NCBI GenBank assembly: GCA_963718235.1
Contig: CAVQYR010000002.1
Coordinates: 786,978-850,977 of the forward strand
Direction: 5' to 3'
Length of the DNA: 64,000 nucleotides
From: an uncultured Actinomycetota bacterium
GTDB taxonomy: Bacteria; Actinomycetota; Actinomycetes; JAHEKZ01
Of this stretch, positions 61,055 through 64,000 are shown in pieces. The notes beneath the pieces were generated by a model that did not search any database, was not told the origin of the DNA, and was given only the letters and a program-made list of their open reading frames with translations. How positions within the stretch are numbered: the stretch's first letter is position 1; each line of letters begins with the position of its first letter. The position numbers were made by a program, and so were the translations under genes.

Positions 61055-61908
61055 ACGATTCCATCGTGGTGCAGGACCTGGCCAAGCGGTTCGCCCGCAC
61101 CCGGGCGCTGGAGGACGTCTCCTTCTCACTGTCGCGCGGCGTCACCGGCCTGCTCGGGCCCAATGGTGCGGGCAAGACCACGCTGCTTCGCATCCTGGCG
61201 ACCGTCCTTGCTCCCGACGCCGGCCGGCTGTCGGTGTGCGGTCACGACCCCGCGCACCTCGACGGCCGCACCGAGATCCGTCGCCAGCTCGGCTACCTGC
61301 CGCAGGACCCCGGGTTCCAGCGCGGTTTCAGTGCGTTCGAGTTCGTCGACTACCTGGCGATCCTCAAGGAGCTCGGCCCGGCGCGGGCGCGCCACGACGA
61401 GGTCCGCCGCGTCCTCGAGCTCGTCGACCTCACCGCCGTCAGCGGCAAGCGCATCCGTGCCCTGTCCGGGGGGATGCGCCGTCGAGTCGCCTTGGCCGCG
61501 GCGCTGCTCGGCGACCCCGCACTCCTGGTCCTGGACGAGCCCACTGCCGGGCTCGACCCGGAGCAGCGGCTTCGCTTCCGCGAGCTCGTGTCCCGTGCCG
61601 GAGAGGGGCGCACGGTGGTGCTGTCCACCCACCAGACCGAGGACGTCGCGGCGTTGTGCCACGACGTCGTGGTGCTGCACCACGGTCGGGTGCACTTCCA
61701 GGGAGGGCCGGCCGAGCTGGCGTCGGTGGCCAACGGGCGGGTGTGGTTCGGGCCAGAGCGCGACCCCCAGGCCCGGATCGCCTGGCGCGGGGGCGACGGG
61801 CAGTTCCGGCACCTGGGCGAGCCGCCCGCGGGGGTCATTGTCAGCAGCCCGACGCTGGAAGACGGGTACCTGTGGCTGGTCGGGGACTCCGAGGCGGCAG
61901 CGGCATGA
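61051..61908 (+). CDS. ABC transporter ATP-binding protein
   Basis: GTGA overlap. Walker A GPNGAGKTT. Signature LSGGMRRR. Walker B LLVLDEPTAGLD. Confidence 0.8.
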   Translation: MNDSIVVQDLAKRFARTRALEDVSFSLSRGVTGLLGPNGAGKTTLLRILATVLAPDAGRLSVCGHDPAHLDGRTEIRRQLGYLPQDPGFQRGFSAFEFVDYLAILKELGPARARHDEVRRVLELVDLTAVSGKRIRALSGGMRRRVALAAALLGDPALLVLDEPTAGLDPEQRLRFRELVSRAGEGRTVVLSTHQTEDVAALCHDVVVLHHGRVHFQGGPAELASVANGRVWFGPERDPQARIAWRGGDGQFRHLGEPPAGVIVSSPTLEDGYLWLVGDSEAAAA

Positions 61909-62753
61909 CGGCCGAGGCCCTCACCGCGGGTCCTGTGGTCGACCGCGGTAGTCGTTCGCTGCGCAGCCGGTGGGCGCTGGGCCGCGTCGAGGCCCGGCGC
62001 ATGCTCACCAACCCCGCCTACGCCGTGCTCCTGGCGTTCATCCTGCTGAGCACCGGCGGGCTCACCGTGAGTGGTGACCAGCGTGGCTGGGTGCCGACGA
62101 GGCCGGAGGCGTACGACCGGCTGCAGGGCCTGCTCGTCCTCTACGCCGGGCTGGCGACCTACGTCGTCGCCCACCTGGTGTCGACGTCGGCCCGGCGCAG
62201 CGGTGCGCAGGCACAGCTGGCGTCGGCGCCCGGGGGGGAGCGGACCCGGATCCTGGGCCTGGTGCTGGGGATCGTCAGGGGACCGCTCGTCGTGGCAGCT
62301 GCGCTGCTGGCCGTGCTCGCGTGGCTGGGCAACGACGTCCGGCTGGCGTCCGGCCAGGCCCCGCTGAGCGGGCTCCAGCTGGTCCAGCTCGCCCTCATGG
62401 TGCTGGGCGGTGGCGTGTTCGGGGTCATGGTTGCCACCTGGCTGCGCTTCCCGGGGTCCTTGCTCCTCGGCCTGTTCACCCTCGTGTTCGTCACCGGCTG
62501 GTTGGCGGGTGACGCGGCGGCCTACGCAGGGTGGTTGCCCCCGCTGGTGCCGTTCCTCACGGCTACCGACTGGTTCGACGCGGTGCCGCTCACCGGAGCG
62601 GTTCACGCCTGGCACACGGTGTACATGGTCGGTCTCTGCGGGCTCGGCGTGGTGGCGGCAGCGCTGCACGATCCGGCGCGCCGGGTGCCGTGGGTCATCA
62701 CCGGGGCCGTCGTCCTCGCCGTGACCGCCGCCGCAGCGACGGCGCAGGCATGA
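61905..62753 (+). CDS. ABC-2-type membrane permease
   Basis: ATGA overlap. Six hydrophobic helices. Confidence 0.55.
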   Translation: MTAEALTAGPVVDRGSRSLRSRWALGRVEARRMLTNPAYAVLLAFILLSTGGLTVSGDQRGWVPTRPEAYDRLQGLLVLYAGLATYVVAHLVSTSARRSGAQAQLASAPGGERTRILGLVLGIVRGPLVVAAALLAVLAWLGNDVRLASGQAPLSGLQLVQLALMVLGGGVFGVMVATWLRFPGSLLLGLFTLVFVTGWLAGDAAAYAGWLPPLVPFLTATDWFDAVPLTGAVHAWHTVYMVGLCGLGVVAAALHDPARRVPWVITGAVVLAVTAAAATAQA

Positions 62754-63469
62754 CCCGAGCCACGCCGGCGCCTGGCCGGTGGGACGCCCCGACCCGCGCG
62801 AGCTTCGCGGAGCTGCTGAGCTGGCTGCCGCGTGCGGCGAACCCGGTTCCGGCGCTCGTAGCCGTCGCAGGCGCCCTCGCGCTGGTGTGGTGGCAGTGGC
62901 AGTACCTGGAGTCGTTGGACCGTCGGCTCTGGCTGGTGCGAGAGGGCAGCGTCATGGTCGTGCTGGGTGTGCTGTACCTGCTCGATGACCCCGCGCGTCG
63001 CTCGACGGCGGCGGCCGTCACGACGCTGCGGCGCCGGACGACCGTGACTCTTGCGGTGGCGGCCGCCGTCATCGCCGGGGCGTTCGCGGTGCTGGTCGCC
63101 GTGGCGAGCCTGCGGGGTGACATGGGTGCCGCGGTGGGTGGCCTGGCCGTCGAGGTCGCCACCGTGGCAACGGCCGGGGCGGCCATCACCCTGCTGCTGC
63201 AGCGCACCCAGGACCTCGACGAGCCGGCGACCGCGGGGGCGATGACCGTGCTCGCCCTGCTCGCGGTGGTGCCGGTCGTCGCCCTGCGTTGGCCGCTCCT
63301 GGTCGCCCCTGGACCGGAGTGGGCGGCCGCTCACATGCGGTGGGCCGTCGTCACCGGCGCCGCCGTCCTGACGCTGGTCTGGGTCACGCGGGACCCGGCC
63401 ACCACGCTCCGGGGCATTGTCCGGGCAGCCGGGTCGAGACCGGTGGCGGTAGGTGCGGTGAGTCGATGA
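62750..63469 (+). CDS. hypothetical polytopic membrane protein
   Basis: ATGA overlap. Ala/Val-rich helices. No recognisable domain. Confidence 0.4.
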   Translation: MTRATPAPGRWDAPTRASFAELLSWLPRAANPVPALVAVAGALALVWWQWQYLESLDRRLWLVREGSVMVVLGVLYLLDDPARRSTAAAVTTLRRRTTVTLAVAAAVIAGAFAVLVAVASLRGDMGAAVGGLAVEVATVATAGAAITLLLQRTQDLDEPATAGAMTVLALLAVVPVVALRWPLLVAPGPEWAAAHMRWAVVTGAAVLTLVWVTRDPATTLRGIVRAAGSRPVAVGAVSR

Positions 63470-64000
63470 GCGACGGTCGTGACGCGGCGCTGCCTCCCCT
63501 GCAGTACCTCGAGACGGCTCTCGACGTCATGCAGCAGCACGCATTGATGTCGCCCTCGGTGGACTGGGACGGGCTTCGCGGCGAGGCGATGGCGCGCAGC
63601 GGGGGTGCCTCGAGCACAGCCGACTGCTACCCGGCGATCGAGTGGGCCCTGGTGCAGCTGGGCGACCACCACAGCTTCTTCGAACCGCCCGATCGCGGCA
63701 GCGGGGCGATCCGTGACGGCACCTATCGGGACGAGCTGAGTCTGCCCTCGTTCGAACGCGGCGACGGGGACACCGCGACCCTCGTGGTGCCGGCGTTCCG
63801 GGGCTCACCGACCGCCGCCCGTACCTACGCCGACACACTGCGCGGGCTGGTGCACGAAGCGTCGGCCGACGGCGTGACGAGCTGGGTCGTCGACGTCGCC
63901 CAGAACGGTGGGGGCAGCATGCTTCCCATGATCGCGGGGCTTGCACCGCTGCTCGGCGCCGGGACCGTGGGCGGGTTCTTGTCGGCTGACGGTGCCGTGA
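63466..64000 (+). CDS. S41-family (C-terminal processing) peptidase, N-terminal part; gene continues beyond window
   Basis: GATGA overlap with the preceding gene. DVAQNGGGS matches the S41 NGGG box. Confidence 0.5.
   Translation, partial: MSDGRDAALPPLQYLETALDVMQQHALMSPSVDWDGLRGEAMARSGGASSTADCYPAIEWALVQLGDHHSFFEPPDRGSGAIRDGTYRDELSLPSFERGDGDTATLVVPAFRGSPTAARTYADTLRGLVHEASADGVTSWVVDVAQNGGGSMLPMIAGLAPLLGAGTVGGFLSADGAV

Noticed and set aside
60390-62753. 787-aa plus-strand ORF spanning anti-sigma, ABC ATPase and permease.
   Set aside because: A frame with no stops that fuses three real genes read in other frames. Only its last about 280 aa (from 61905) correspond to the ABC-2 permease.

Overview
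Very high-GC (about 70-73%) chromosomal segment from an actinobacterium. Gene order and protein signatures are typical of Actinomycetota, perhaps Propionibacteriales or Nocardioides-like; this is an inference from what I recognise, not a search result.

The first ~22 kb is the conserved housekeeping backbone: rpsP (C-terminal part) - KH protein - rimM - trmD - rplS - lepB x2 - NUDIX x2 - rnhB - [inserted receptor adenylyl cyclase + solute-binding protein, minus strand] - DUF2469 - yraN - comM - dprA - xerC - fliA/whiG-type sigma - M23 peptidase - rpsB - tsf - pyrH - frr - cdsA - TetR - rlmN.

The remaining ~42 kb is accessory or catabolic:
- a small K+ channel;
- a glutarate-type module (CaiB-family CoA-transferase, GntR, glutaryl-CoA dehydrogenase) with two matching AT-rich palindromic operator candidates;
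- a GNAT-AAA ATPase fusion;
- a tightly coupled GT1 glycosyltransferase / maltokinase-like kinase / SIS-domain operon with cupin and XRE-cupin neighbours;
- a large polyamine / beta-alanine / GABA catabolic island (FAD oxidases, PNPOx-like protein, class-III aminotransferase, Lrp, three ALDHs, PotD/F-like binding protein, mmsA, agmatinase, gabT, PucR, APC permease, Usp);
- a c-di-GMP neighbourhood (GGDEF-EAL membrane enzyme, EAL-GAF protein);
- a six-gene translationally coupled ECF sigma / anti-sigma / ABC / S41 peptidase operon that runs off the window end.

The GGDEF-EAL gene is preceded by two tandem paralogous 34-codon hydrophobic peptide genes; this is the most unusual feature in the window.

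No rRNA, tRNA, CRISPR array, transposase or phage integrase was recognised by eye.

Coordinates of CDS ends come from the supplied ORF track. Start codons were refined by reading RBS and homology context and may be off by a few codons. Coordinates of hairpins and short repeats were read by eye and may be off by a base or two.
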